Source: Coleofasciculus sp. B1-GNL1-01 (GTDB taxonomy: Bacteria > Cyanobacteriota > Cyanobacteriia > Cyanobacteriales > Coleofasciculaceae). Taken from it: a stretch of DNA of 64,000 nucleotides. The first letter of the stretch is position 1, and each line of letters starts with the position of its first letter. This document shows, in pieces, positions 29,015 to 40,173 of this stretch. Where the stretch lies: NCBI GenBank assembly GCA_040220235.1, contig JAVJTO010000157.1. One strand, 5' to 3'. Made by a program: the position numbers and the translations under genes. The notes below the pieces were generated by a model. The model was not told the DNA's origin. It worked only from the letters and a program-made list of their open reading frames with translations, and did not search any database.

Positions 29015-32000
29015 CTGTTCGCTGTAACTCTGTCCACTAGAGTTCTCCCGTTTGCGCTCCGTGAAGAAGCTTAACAATCCCACAACCTCTCCCAATTGAT
29101 TCAAAATCGGCGCACCGCTAATCCCCCCCTGAAGCGGAATACTCACCTCTAGCACCCGCTCAGTGCAAAGTTGACTCGGTCGGATACGGTTGACCAAGCC
29201 AACATTACAGTAGAGATTTTCTTCAAACCCACCCTCCCCAGGCGCCGGAAAACCAACGGTCAAAATCCGCTCCCCAACCTCAACGAGTTCCGAAAAGCCT
29301 AACCGTAATGGAGTAACAGGAGTAGACTCAGGTCGCAAGCACAGGATTGCCACATCGTCCGCGCCCCAAGTCGGTAAATAGATTTCTGTTACCTGGAGAC
29401 GACCTTCCTTGGTAATTACGCTGACCGCTTCCGGTAAAATGCATTGTCCTGTGGACTGGTTTACGACAACGTGACGGTTGGTCGCCACTGCATCGGGACT
29501 AATAACAAAGCCACTACCACTGCCAGCAAATCCGCCTACATTCACCTGTATCCAAACCACGGAGGAGGCATAAATCCGCACCGAATGATTGAGGCTCTCA
29601 AAGTCGGGACTGTGAGAGCCAAGCATTGGGGCGTGGTCTAAAAACAATGCGCTATAAGCCTCTCGTTGGCGGGAACGAGCCAAAATTTCCAAACCGAGTT
29701 CGACCTGGGATGGAGATAGGGGAGCCTCAATCCGATGAAAATGAGTAATGGCTTCTGAATAGCGGTTAAGACGGAGGAAATGTTGAGCCAGTTCTTCAGC
29801 ATTTCCCTCAGGGTTAATCGGAAGGTTCTCAATGGCACTCAACCATCTCCTGTAAGTCGCCGCCACGTCTGTCACCTCTTGGGCGGCTGAGCGGGTGCGC
29901 TCAAGCAGGCTAGTGCCTTCCTCGATTAATTGCTCCACTTGCTGTGAGACTTGTGTAGAACGCCAATCGAGCGACCCATAACCCTCCAACCAAGTCCGGC
30001 TACTCCGGCTCAAGCTGTCCCATCGATCCTGGGCTAACCGTGCCTTCATCTCTAATTCGTCGCGGTTGCGGTAGACCTCAAACAACCTGTCATTGTCTGT
30101 CGGAGTCGGCAAATACCGCTCTCGGTGACGTTCATAGTAGTGCAATCGCTGTTGCAAACCGGCTGAGAGTTCCAGAATATTGATCCGTTGGGTCTCTTGC
30201 AGCATCTGTGTGAGGTTCCTCGCCAGTTTCTCTAACCCTGTCAGGTGTCCTTGATGAGTCTGAGAGTCTCGGAATCTGGCTTGCAGCGAAGCCGCTTGAG
30301 CCGGCGTCAGTAGGTGCGAGTCGGAGATAGTGATGCTGCATTGTTTTCCCGTTCCAGCATCGCGAGCGGTCACAGTCAGAAGGCAATTGCTATCGATATC
30401 AAAAGTGACATCGATTTGGGGAATTCTAGCTTGGGCGGGAAGTATTCCTTGCAGAATAAATTGTCCGATCTTAAAATTTTCCTCAGGAACAGAGGATTCT
30501 CCCTGAAAGATCTGAATTCTAACGTTGGTCTGATTGTCCTCAACTGTAGTATAGCGTCGTGTTGTTTGAGTCGGGATGGTCGTGTGCTTGGGGATTAAGG
30601 AATCAAACTTGAACTGACCCGGTGCTACATAGGATTTAATCCCCAGACTGAACGGAACAGCATCCAACAAGATAGCATCCTGTAGTGAACCCATCAGGAT
30701 CGCCGCTTGCAGAGCCGCTCCACGGGCAACGGCTGTTAGCGGATCTAAATCCGAGTTAGGGTCTTGGGCAAACACATCCCCAATACACTCACGAACCGCA
30801 GGCATCATCGCTCCACCGCCGATGAGAAGTATCCGACTCGGTTGGCGATTAATCTTTTGGCAGGTTGTCCGAATGCGATCCAGCCAAGGTGCAGCTAGGC
30901 GTTCGAGTTCGTCTCGTGTCAGTTCCAGGGTGATCGGGCTACCGTTAATCAAATCGGGTAGCTCAATTGTCCAAGCGCTGCGGGAGGACAGTTCAATCTT
31001 GAGTTCTTCGCCAGCCTGACGCAGACGGGTGACGGTGCGGCGATCGCCGTTTATATCCTGCCCGGTTTCAGCTTTAATCACCTCTAGAAAATGAGCATAC
31101 AACACATCATCTAAATCAGCACTGCCAAGTGCATTATCTCCCTCGATTTCCAGTACCTCAAAGACGCTTTCCTCGACTTCAATAATGGAAAGATCAAAGG
31201 TTCCTGCTCCCAAGTCAGCGACTAAAATCGTTTCATTGATAGAAGAGCGGGTACGCTGGGCAAGGCAAGCCGCCGTTGGTTCGTGAATTAAGCGCAGGAT
31301 GTTGATATCCGCCAGCACTCCGGCAGTCTTTGTCGCTTGTTTCTGGGCATCATTGAAGTAAGCCGGTACTGTAATCACAGCATTGGCTAAAGGAATGGTG
31401 GGGGGATGTTGATCGAGGTAGGTTATTACCCAGTCCTCTGGCACAGATGTTCCGATCACCTGAGCCGCCATTCGGGAAATTTTCTCACCAATCTTTTTGT
31501 GCAGATACTCCCTCGCTAATTCACGGGCGTGGTTAATAATCCGCGCTGAAATTTCTTCAGGACGGTATACCTGACCCCCGGCTTTGAATTTGGTGTCCGT
31601 TCCCATCTGCCGTTTAGCTTGAGTGACAATGGCGCGAGGTGATTTCCCCAGCAGCTCGGATATCGGCACACCAACCCGTTCCCGCCCCACTTGATCGATC
31701 GCAAACACGGACGGAATCTGCCGTCGCCCCTGCCATTCGACAACCTCTGGCTCTCCTTGCTTTTGGTTATACAGACAAACCACACTGTTACTGGTACCCA
31801 GGTCAAGCGCGATCGCATCAATGTAGTCTGCCAGAATCTCCTGAGTCGCGGCTTGCACCCATCGATCCGCTTGCTCTTCAAATCGACGCCTATCTAACGC
31901 CTCAATGCTGGGCAACTCTGTAGCAACCAGGTCTAGCCATTTGCCACTCACCAACCCTTGCTCTCCTAGGTCTTTCAGGCGTCGTAGTAAACGCGCTTTT

Positions 32001-33658
32001 TCCTCGGGCGGTTGCTCCCGTTCGTAGGCTTGAGCCGCGCAAAGTTCCGCCAGTTCCTCGACTTGACCGGCTTTGGTGATTAATTCTTGGAAGCGATGAT
32101 CGAATACGACCCGCTGATCGCCAAGTTGCTGCCGTCGGAGTTGGGCAGCACGCTGGTATTCCCTCGCCTGTTCGTACATTGAAATCGCCTGTTCGATTTC
32201 TCCCAAACGTTCGTAGAGAAGTCCCGCCATAAAGAAGTCACCGCCTTGCTCGAGCAACTGAGCCTTTTTCCGAGGGTTGGGATGGTCTGGATCGGCAGAA
32301 TCCAGGGCAATCAGGGCTTGACCAAAGGCACCGGCTTTCTCAAATAATAAGGATGCGGCAAAATAGTCTTGAGCTTTCTCTGCCTGGAATCCAGCTTCGA
32401 GATAATTACCAGCAGCTTCTTCCAACAGGCTCCATTGTTTGAACAGGTCTTTTTCTGATTGTCCCTGAGTCGTTGGCAATTGGGCTTCAAAGGAGGCTCG
32501 AACGGTTCGGATTACTTCCGAGAGCAGGTGTTGGGTGCGATCCGCCTCAGAGCGAAGACTTGACTCGGCAGATTTGTTTCGCCATGCTTGCTCTACGGTT
32601 CGTAGTAGGCGAACTGCCTCTAAAAAGTCTTGGCGATCAAGATGCCCTCGGACGGTGTTCTCCATTGCCTCTCGGATATCGAGTATCCACTCAGAACGAA
32701 TCGCGGGACGGAGTTGGATTGCCAGTTCGAGCTGTCCCATTTGTTGGTAACAGTCGCTGGCGCCCTCGAGGTTGCCAGCTTTTTGAAAGTGTTCTCGGGC
32801 ATCGGCATAACTCCCTTGCTCCCAGAACCATGAGGCTACGTTCTCATGGGCTTGGGCAATTGTATCGGGGTCTTTGACACGCTCCGCCAAGTCGAGAACG
32901 CGAAGGGCAGTTTCTTTACCTGGAACAGACAGGAGGTAACGGATAGCACTGGCGTAATCTCTGGCTACTTCTGCCAAGTTTGCCGCTTCCTCATAGCGCT
33001 CCATTAGGGCATAAACCTGATGAATTTGAGGCAGTTGGGTGTCCGGAAATTCTGAGAAGAAGGCTTTCCAGGGATGGCTATCCTCAAAGGAATTGTGGTC
33101 TAAATAGGTGGAGAGGATTTCATGGAGTTCGGCTTTAGGGAGACACCCTTGTTCTCGTCGCTTTAGCAACTTCACCAGTAGTCCATTGGTGTCACCAATT
33201 CGGGCAGATTGGACACAGATTAGCTGTTGTATCTCGGTTTGCCGTAACGGGTTTTGCAGTCGCCCCGAAAGCCGCCATGCCGCATCGAGGGCTTGAGCCG
33301 TTGGCGATTGGGCTTTCAGTAGAACCGAGAGCGATCGCTCTTGCCGAAAGCTGGAATTGGGCTGCCACTCCCCAAAGAGCGGGTCAAATTGCACGATGAC
33401 TTGGATGAGTTGTGAGTAATCGCATTGCTCAGCCAGGGATAGGGCTTTGCCATAGGTTTTCCAAGCTTTCTCTTTCGCGCGATCGGAAGGGTTAGCAGTG
33501 GTTAATTGCTTGTGTAGCGTTTGGCAAGTCACTGTCAACTGCTGCTGGGGTGAGCCGAATCCTGGTATTCGTTTCCGCAAAAAGCTGGGCAAAGTTCTGG
33601 TCAGATGTTTGCCTAAAACCTGAAACAACCTCTGTAAGTTTAGGTGCCAATTAAACAT
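28955..33658 (-). CDS. Fusion protein: alpha-solenoid/TPR repeats + Hsp70 + trypsin-like serine protease
   Basis: [26 protein letters not shown], linker [22 protein letters not shown]-terminal GSGF, TNRHVV, DVAIL, GISGAP. Confidence 0.9.
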   Translation of the reverse strand: MFNWHLNLQRLFQVLGKHLTRTLPSFLRKRIPGFGSPQQQLTVTCQTLHKQLTTANPSDRAKEKAWKTYGKALSLAEQCDYSQLIQVIVQFDPLFGEWQPNSSFRQERSLSVLLKAQSPTAQALDAAWRLSGRLQNPLRQTEIQQLICVQSARIGDTNGLLVKLLKRREQGCLPKAELHEILSTYLDHNSFEDSHPWKAFFSEFPDTQLPQIHQVYALMERYEEAANLAEVARDYASAIRYLLSVPGKETALRVLDLAERVKDPDTIAQAHENVASWFWEQGSYADAREHFQKAGNLEGASDCYQQMGQLELAIQLRPAIRSEWILDIREAMENTVRGHLDRQDFLEAVRLLRTVEQAWRNKSAESSLRSEADRTQHLLSEVIRTVRASFEAQLPTTQGQSEKDLFKQWSLLEEAAGNYLEAGFQAEKAQDYFAASLLFEKAGAFGQALIALDSADPDHPNPRKKAQLLEQGGDFFMAGLLYERLGEIEQAISMYEQAREYQRAAQLRRQQLGDQRVVFDHRFQELITKAGQVEELAELCAAQAYEREQPPEEKARLLRRLKDLGEQGLVSGKWLDLVATELPSIEALDRRRFEEQADRWVQAATQEILADYIDAIALDLGTSNSVVCLYNQKQGEPEVVEWQGRRQIPSVFAIDQVGRERVGVPISELLGKSPRAIVTQAKRQMGTDTKFKAGGQVYRPEEISARIINHARELAREYLHKKIGEKISRMAAQVIGTSVPEDWVITYLDQHPPTIPLANAVITVPAYFNDAQKQATKTAGVLADINILRLIHEPTAACLAQRTRSSINETILVADLGAGTFDLSIIEVEESVFEVLEIEGDNALGSADLDDVLYAHFLEVIKAETGQDINGDRRTVTRLRQAGEELKIELSSRSAWTIELPDLINGSPITLELTRDELERLAAPWLDRIRTTCQKINRQPSRILLIGGGAMMPAVRECIGDVFAQDPNSDLDPLTAVARGAALQAAILMGSLQDAILLDAVPFSLGIKSYVAPGQFKFDSLIPKHTTIPTQTTRRYTTVEDNQTNVRIQIFQGESSVPEENFKIGQFILQGILPAQARIPQIDVTFDIDSNCLLTVTARDAGTGKQCSITISDSHLLTPAQAASLQARFRDSQTHQGHLTGLEKLARNLTQMLQETQRINILELSAGLQQRLHYYERHRERYLPTPTDNDRLFEVYRNRDELEMKARLAQDRWDSLSRSSRTWLEGYGSLDWRSTQVSQQVEQLIEEGTSLLERTRSAAQEVTDVAATYRRWLSAIENLPINPEGNAEELAQHFLRLNRYSEAITHFHRIEAPLSPSQVELGLEILARSRQREAYSALFLDHAPMLGSHSPDFESLNHSVRIYASSVVWIQVNVGGFAGSGSGFVISPDAVATNRHVVVNQSTGQCILPEAVSVITKEGRLQVTEIYLPTWGADDVAILCLRPESTPVTPLRLGFSELVEVGERILTVGFPAPGEGGFEENLYCNVGLVNRIRPSQLCTERVLEVSIPLQGGISGAPILNQLGEVVGLLSFFTERKRENSSGQSYSEQSFYAIPVEVLRRLRGNVQG

Positions 33659-34467
33659 CTATGTAAGGATTTAGGTTGAGTGTGCATTATACGACTAAAG
33701 CAGAAGGCTGACGGTTACCAGAAGTTCAGTATAGATATAATATCCTACGTCTACAGGGAGTCAACCGTCAAAAAAGGGGAATTGAGTATCTTAGATTACC
33801 GTTTTTTAGGAAATGATCACTGACGAGAACGACATGAGATCAAGATTTAACACAAATTCCGGCGGAATCGTTTCTCCTGAAAGGGTAGCAGGAGATTCGA
33901 GTCCCTCAACCTCTCGAAGCATGGAAGTGCTGGTACTTTATGCACCTTTGATCGTCCTCAAAACCTTTATTTTTCTGGATTTGGCGAGTTTTGCAGCCAG
34001 CCCTAAGGAGTCGGACTTTCATTCAAGTTAATGGTTGAGGTTAGGGAACTCACGGATTTTTAACAGGGAAACGTAAGGATTGAGCGGCTCCTTAACATTT
34101 CTTAGTACAGCGGCAAGAATTTATGTCCAGGTACTTATTTGAGTAGCTTACCCGTCCCTTCAGCACTCTAGATCGGGTTCGAGACATTCGCTCAACTGGA
34201 CATCTCCTCGAAGCCTAGAGAGGAATTTTATCGGGTTCGCTAGGTGGAAGTTACCTTCTTTTTTGTACGATAGGTTGATAGGACAAGTTATCAACTCTCG
34301 ATGACCCACAGCGGTTCTTTGCCGAATCGTGTTGCTTAATGGCGTTCCCCATACCTGCCGATTGCTCTTAAGCCATTGGGTATTGCGGCAATTTGAATCA
34401 TAAAAGAGGGGAATTGTCAAGAGTTTGTTGCCAAGCTCAAGCTAAACACTGCTTATCGCTTATTTGA

Positions 34468-36519
34468 ATGATCATCAAAACTTCGGTGCTGGCTCACTTA
34501 CTCCAAGCCATGCCCCACCTGAGGCAACAAGTATATTTCAAAGCGTCGTTGACCGCACTCTCCCATGCGATGGAAGATCAGGTCTTAGCTGGTTCGGAGC
34601 AACCGTTGGTGATTGCCTGTTTTCAGCGAGAACGCTTCTATCGTCAGGAAGCCCATCGCTATCGACGCATTGCCCAACGGACACCTCATGTCTATGTCTT
34701 AGCCGCACCAGAAACGGATTTCAAGAATAGCTCAGATCACTACGAAACCGTGGCATTTGATCCGGGCGATGGCTTAAGTCACGAGTGGCATTTAGTGGTG
34801 ATTGGTTCTCACTACGCCAACTGTTTGATCTGCCGAGAAAAACGTTCGTCTTCCTCCAGTAGCGCCAATGGGGAGATGGATACCTCTCGACGTTTTGAGG
34901 GAATTTGGACATTTGACCGGACGGTTAGCGCTAAAGCCGCTGAGTTGATTTTGGATCGCATTGCCACCTATCGACCGGAGTTAGCGGATAAAATCGAGCA
35001 GGCAAAAGCTGAGTATATCAGTTTTGGCTCCACTCAACCCTCAGATCGGAATCTGGGAGACTCACCCAATCCTGATCCATTTGTGCATCGGTTGGTGACT
35101 TACTTACAAGCGGGTCAGTATAAACTCCTGAAAGCCTATCGCTCGATCACGGCTCAAGAACAACGCGAGCGTTTGGTGAATTCGATTACCACGGCGATTC
35201 GGCGATCGCTCGATCCTCATGAAGTTCTAGAAATCGCGGTGCAAGAGTTAGGACGCGCCATGGGTTCCTGTCGCTGTCTACTTTACCGCTGTAAAGCCAC
35301 GGATACTCAAGCCACGATTACCCATGAGTACCTAGAAACTCAAGGGCGCGATCGCACGATCCTCTGTTCTACTCTAGGTAGTCCTTGGCCCCTAAAAGAC
35401 AATACTCTGTTTCAAGCGATTGTCGAACATCAAGAGTCCATTTCCGTAGAAGACACCCAACATGATCCTCGGCTGAATCAGACATCCAGTAAAAATGCAA
35501 ATTCCCCGTCTTCTAAATTAAAGGAATTGGTGCAAACCTTTGGTATGCGATCGTGGCTGATGGTTCCGGTATTGTATCAGGGTCGATTATTGGGGATGGT
35601 TGAGTTACACCATTGCGGCGAAACCCCTTATCGGTGGAAGGATGAAGAACTCGCCCTCGTGGAAGCGATCGCAACTCAAGTGGGTGTCGCCTTAATCCAA
35701 GCGGAAGCTTACGCGAATTTGCAAGATTTGAACCAACAACTCGCCGCCCTTGACCGGACTCGTAGTAACTTAGTGGCAATCACGGGTCATGAACTCCGTA
35801 CCCCCCTGTCCACAATTCAGGTGTGCCTAGAAAGTCTCGCCAGCGAACCGGATATGTCACCGGAATTGCGTCAGGTGATGCTGAATACCGCCCTTGACGA
35901 CGCTGAACGCCTGCGGAAACTGGTGCAAGACTTTCTCACCCTCTCGCGCCTGGAAAGTGGTCGTGTGGAATGGAATGTCGAAGCCCTTTCTCTACAAGAA
36001 TGTGTTGATTTAGCCCTCAGCCGGATCAACGTCCATTGGTCAGAGGATCGACGACCGAACATTATCACTCAAGTTCCCACAGATCTGCCCTTAGTCCAAG
36101 CCGATGGCGAGTGGCTGGTGGAAACCCTTGCCAAATTGTTAGACAATGCCTGCAAATTTACGTCTCCCCAAGGAGAAATCACGATTGGGATTGAAACCAA
36201 TGGAAATTCGATGTTAAAAGTGACTGTCGCCGATACCGGGCGAGGGATTGAACCGAATCGCCTAGAGGATGTCTTTGATCGCTTTTATCAAGAAGAAGGG
36301 GCGCTGCGACGGACTACAGGCGGCACAGGCTTAGGTCTAGCAATTTGTCGCCAAATTGTCAAGGGATGGGGCGGTAAAATTTGGGCAGACTCAGCGGGTA
36401 AAGATCAGGGGTCTCAGTTTCACTTTACGGTGCCAATGATTGCGCCAACCTCAGATTCTCAGTCCTCTAAAGGAAAGGGAAAAGGTAGTCGTAAGGGGTC
36501 AAGAGTTAAGCGCAAGTGA
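34468..36519 (+). CDS. DICT-GAF sensor histidine kinase
   Basis: DICT motifs (LTALSHAMED, FQRERFY, HEWHLV, FEGIWTFD); GAF; GHELRTPL; GTGLGL. Confidence 0.9.
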   Translation: MIIKTSVLAHLLQAMPHLRQQVYFKASLTALSHAMEDQVLAGSEQPLVIACFQRERFYRQEAHRYRRIAQRTPHVYVLAAPETDFKNSSDHYETVAFDPGDGLSHEWHLVVIGSHYANCLICREKRSSSSSSANGEMDTSRRFEGIWTFDRTVSAKAAELILDRIATYRPELADKIEQAKAEYISFGSTQPSDRNLGDSPNPDPFVHRLVTYLQAGQYKLLKAYRSITAQEQRERLVNSITTAIRRSLDPHEVLEIAVQELGRAMGSCRCLLYRCKATDTQATITHEYLETQGRDRTILCSTLGSPWPLKDNTLFQAIVEHQESISVEDTQHDPRLNQTSSKNANSPSSKLKELVQTFGMRSWLMVPVLYQGRLLGMVELHHCGETPYRWKDEELALVEAIATQVGVALIQAEAYANLQDLNQQLAALDRTRSNLVAITGHELRTPLSTIQVCLESLASEPDMSPELRQVMLNTALDDAERLRKLVQDFLTLSRLESGRVEWNVEALSLQECVDLALSRINVHWSEDRRPNIITQVPTDLPLVQADGEWLVETLAKLLDNACKFTSPQGEITIGIETNGNSMLKVTVADTGRGIEPNRLEDVFDRFYQEEGALRRTTGGTGLGLAICRQIVKGWGGKIWADSAGKDQGSQFHFTVPMIAPTSDSQSSKGKGKGSRKGSRVKRK

Positions 36520-36689
36520 ATTGAGGATTACGCGGTCAGATCAAGTTCATTCGTATGAATTATATTTTGTTAACGCAGAGTACGCAGAGGATACCGCTCC
36601 AGGTACGCAGAGGAATTGAGCGGACTTGAATGAAAATTTTAGAGAATTTGGAAACAACTGGAAATGAGAGGAGCCATCCCTATTTTTCC

Positions 36690-37007
36690 TTAAATTTTAT
36701 AGCAGGGATTGTTTTTGACGATGGGCGTTTGGACTTCGTTCATCCAGGAATAATCCCAATCGGGTTCGGATTGTTCAGTTAGGGACACCATATCGCCCTG
36801 ATAGTTTTGATTGATTTGAATGGCTTTAGAGTGCAAATGTTCTGGGACATAGCACAAATCAACGGGCAATCCATGTGCCACCATAAATTCTGCTAATTGC
36901 TCAGAATTAATGTAGATGCCTTCTCGATGGAGGCGTTGTAATATTTCCGTAAATGTGTGCCAGCGCTGATCCGTTCTTGGTTGAGATGGTAAGGGTGTGG
37001 GTAACAT
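36690..37007 (-). CDS. Hypothetical protein
   Basis: 105-aa ORF with natural composition (LHREGIYI...HGLPVDLCYVP). Confidence 0.65.
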   Translation of the reverse strand: MLPTPLPSQPRTDQRWHTFTEILQRLHREGIYINSEQLAEFMVAHGLPVDLCYVPEHLHSKAIQINQNYQGDMVSLTEQSEPDWDYSWMNEVQTPIVKNNPCYKI

Positions 37008-37282
37008 ACTAGGCTAGAGCGTCAGTTCAATCTTGAAGAATCATCCCAGAAATAAGCCATCAGGTAGACGGTTCCAGAGGAACATCTATGGGAAGGTTGG
37101 GTAGCTAATGGTATCATTTATCGGCTGAGTCTACTGAGTCTTGGTTTTCTACAGAGCCTAACCCAGACGCGATCGCGCCTATCACAACACCACCAAAACT
37201 GTTCCCCTACTGCTGAGCTTACCTATCGGTGATCTGTGATGAATCCAACGAAACAGAATTATTTTCCAGGAGGATAATCTTC

Positions 37283-37813
37283 ATGATAACAGGCAAAATA
37301 AATGTCATTGAAGGCGATATCACTCAGTTAACCGTTGATGCGATTGTCAATGCGGCAAACACCTCTCTCCTCGGTGGTGGTGGTGTGGATGGGGCGATTC
37401 ATCGGGCGGCTGGACCCGGTTTGTTGGCAGAATGTCGAGGGTTGAATGGCTGTGAAACGGGTGATGCTAAAATTACTCAGGGTTACAATCTTCCGGCTGA
37501 TTGGGTGATTCATACCGTGGGACTTGTCTGGCGGGATGGTAATCATGGCGAGGATGCTTTGTTAGCGAGTTGTTATTATCGGAGTTTAGAATTAGCTGAG
37601 CAAAATAATATTCGCAGTATTGCTTTTCCGGCAATTAGTACGGGCGCTTATGGGTTTCCGCCAGAACGGGCTGCCAGAATAGCTGTAGGTACAGTTAAGC
37701 AGGTTTTAGCAGAAAAGACAACTATCGAACAAGTGATTTTTGTTTGTTTCTCTACGCAATCCTATAATCACCATCGGCAAGCCGTGCAGGACATTATCAC
37801 AAATAAGGGATAA
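37283..37813 (+). CDS. Macrodomain O-acetyl-ADP-ribose deacetylase (YmdB-like)
   Basis: [44 protein letters not shown] before ATG 37283. Confidence 0.92.
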   Translation: MITGKINVIEGDITQLTVDAIVNAANTSLLGGGGVDGAIHRAAGPGLLAECRGLNGCETGDAKITQGYNLPADWVIHTVGLVWRDGNHGEDALLASCYYRSLELAEQNNIRSIAFPAISTGAYGFPPERAARIAVGTVKQVLAEKTTIEQVIFVCFSTQSYNHHRQAVQDIITNKG

Positions 37814-37816
37814 CGA

Positions 37817-39172
37817 GTGATTTCAATAGCTCTAATTCAACTCAGTTTAACTGCCATTCTTGCCTTCTATGTCGCTTGGAATCTAGGCGCTAATGATGTG
37901 GCGAATTCCATGGGAACGTCAGTTGGCTCAAAAGCGGTTACGCTACGACAAGCGCTAATTATTGCAGGAATTTTGGAGTTTACGGGTGCGGTTTTATTTG
38001 GTCAAGGGGTGGCGACAACGTTAGCCACGCGAGTGATTGATCCGACGTTATTTGCCCAAACGCCACAGGTGTTATTACTGGGGATGATGTCTGTATTACT
38101 CGCTTGTGGGTTATGGTTACAAATTGCCACCAGTCTGGGGTTACCTGTCGCCTCATCCCATGCTGTAGTTGGCGCGATCGCCGGATTTTGTTGGGTGGCG
38201 ATTGGGGTGCAGGCGGTAGATTGGGGAACCTTGGGGCGTATTTCGTTAACTTGGATTATTACGCCTGTTGTTAGTGGTAGTTTAGCCGCCGTATTTTATA
38301 GTATTATCAATACCTCAATTTTAAGGCAAAGGAATCCGATGGTTCAGTTCCGGGAATGGATTCCTTGGCTAAGTGCTATTCTTTTGAGTATCTTTGGCGC
38401 GATTGTTATGCCAAGTTTATTTAATCGTCCTCTATTTTATGCCTTGCCAATTCCTACCCATGATTTACCAATTATTACGGTTTCAGTGGCGGCTATTGTC
38501 CTGAGTCTGATTAGTTGGCGTCAGTTGGAACGTAGCCCTTTAATTCTACCTGTTAATCCTGAAGAATCAACAGATAAGGATATTCGCCTCTGGGAAACTG
38601 GAGAAGCAGAAATTGAAGCTAATATTGCCCCACCCCCTAATGCTGTGTCTCCCTTTCCCTCACCAATTGAGCAACAACTGGCACGGTTTCAAGTTCTCAG
38701 CGCTTGTTTTGTAGCATTTGCTCACGGTTCCAACGATGTCGGGAATGCGATCGCTCCCTTAGCGGCGATCGCGTATATTATTGCTACGGGTACGGTTCCC
38801 CTCACGGCGTTTGATATTCCGTTGTGGATTCTCATCATTGGTGGTGCTGGTATCGTTGCAGGGTTAGCTGTTTGGGGTAAAAAGGTGATTACTACCGTTG
38901 GGGAAAATATTATCCCGTTGCAACCTAGTAGTGGATTCTGTGCCGAAATTGCCACGGCGACAACTGTTTTACTCGCCTCCCGCTTCGGTTTTCCGGTTTC
39001 AACGTCTCACGCTTTAGTGGGTGGTATTGTTGGCATTGGATTGATTCAGAATTGGCGCACAGTTCGCTTTCAAACCCTTAAATCGATTGCTCTGGCTTGG
39101 TTGATTACGCTACCTGTAGCCGCTAGTTTAGGGGCGATTATTTTTATTAGTTTACGTGGGATTTTTCTTTAG
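37817..39172 (+). CDS. PiT family inorganic phosphate transporter
   Basis: GANDVANSMGTSVGS and HGSNDVGNA signatures; PVSTSH. Confidence 0.93.
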   Translation: MISIALIQLSLTAILAFYVAWNLGANDVANSMGTSVGSKAVTLRQALIIAGILEFTGAVLFGQGVATTLATRVIDPTLFAQTPQVLLLGMMSVLLACGLWLQIATSLGLPVASSHAVVGAIAGFCWVAIGVQAVDWGTLGRISLTWIITPVVSGSLAAVFYSIINTSILRQRNPMVQFREWIPWLSAILLSIFGAIVMPSLFNRPLFYALPIPTHDLPIITVSVAAIVLSLISWRQLERSPLILPVNPEESTDKDIRLWETGEAEIEANIAPPPNAVSPFPSPIEQQLARFQVLSACFVAFAHGSNDVGNAIAPLAAIAYIIATGTVPLTAFDIPLWILIIGGAGIVAGLAVWGKKVITTVGENIIPLQPSSGFCAEIATATTVLLASRFGFPVSTSHALVGGIVGIGLIQNWRTVRFQTLKSIALAWLITLPVAASLGAIIFISLRGIFL

Positions 39173-39283
39173 GCTCTTAAACAAGGGCGGGTTTTGTTGC
39201 TCATTTATCGGTTCTTCATTAGCGTTAGTCCCTAAACCCGCCCCTACAATTGACCATTTGATTGACTTGATTCGAGAGAATGC

Positions 39284-39901
39284 TTATTTATTAAATTTTT
39301 CGGCGATATAACCAATCCGATCAACAATATCGGCAACCTTACTAATGTAATAATTATTTTCGTTAACCGATAGTGTCAAGTTTTCTAGCAATAAAAACGA
39401 CCAGACTTCCCCATCGGTGATAATGCCGTAGACTTGATCTTGCTGGAACTTCTTGAGAGTGGCATACATTTCAGCGACACATTGCCCTAACCCATCAGAT
39501 AGACTGCTTTTTTTTACTTCAACCACTGAAATAATCGGCGAGATAAAATCAATCTCATCAAGACTTAAAGCGCAATCGTATTTACCATTTAAAGGGTGAG
39601 GCAAACCCGGTGTTTCCTCTGGATTAATATCAACGGGTGGTTCAAAAAAGATACCGAGATTATAAGTGTCGCTAGCTTCCCACAAAATGTGAGATACTAA
39701 GAGGCTGCCTCGGGTTGCTTCGTTATCCGATTTGGACAGGCTAATGCGAGACTTCATCTTTTTCACGGCTACCTGCAAATCAGGATAAGACTGATCTGTG
39801 GGGTGAAAGTTGTTAAATAAATTAGCGTCTTTCAATAGCGTGATATTAAAGATAGCTTTTAATTCAGCGGCTGAGTATTTTCTATAGTCACCAAAAGACA
39901 T
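39284..39901 (-). CDS. PD-(D/E)XK nuclease-fold hypothetical protein (HsdR N-terminal-like)
   Basis: NGKYD...VEVKK...GQCVAEM...YGIITDGEVWSF. Confidence 0.75.
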   Translation of the reverse strand: MSFGDYRKYSAAELKAIFNITLLKDANLFNNFHPTDQSYPDLQVAVKKMKSRISLSKSDNEATRGSLLVSHILWEASDTYNLGIFFEPPVDINPEETPGLPHPLNGKYDCALSLDEIDFISPIISVVEVKKSSLSDGLGQCVAEMYATLKKFQQDQVYGIITDGEVWSFLLLENLTLSVNENNYYISKVADIVDRIGYIAEKFNK

Positions 39902-40173
39902 AATGTGCCTTCAGAATTAGGTAAAAATAGCGATTTGTCCTGTACAGGTAACGGTTGTACTATGATAACGTTTGTGCGATCGCTCACCAAATTCGCGGTT
40001 CAGTGAGTTCCTGTTGCCGATAGCGATCGCCTTCTAACCAAAATACCCGCAATTCGTCAGTATAGCGGTCGAAGACGATGTAGTAGGGAATGCTCTTTTC
40101 AAGTTGTGGGCTATGCCCGATGCAATCTCACGGCGCTTCTTCAGGAGTTTTGAAGGTTTTGCAGCTATTTACC

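Noticed and set aside
28955..33658. Calling this gene housekeeping dnaK
   Set aside because: Large N- and C-terminal fusions, atypical indels and no grpE/dnaJ context.
33813..34420. Short ORFs upstream of the Hsp70-protease gene as possible partner or substrate genes
   Set aside because: No motifs, weak starts; more likely promoter/leader sequence of the divergent DICT kinase. Cannot be excluded without a homology search.
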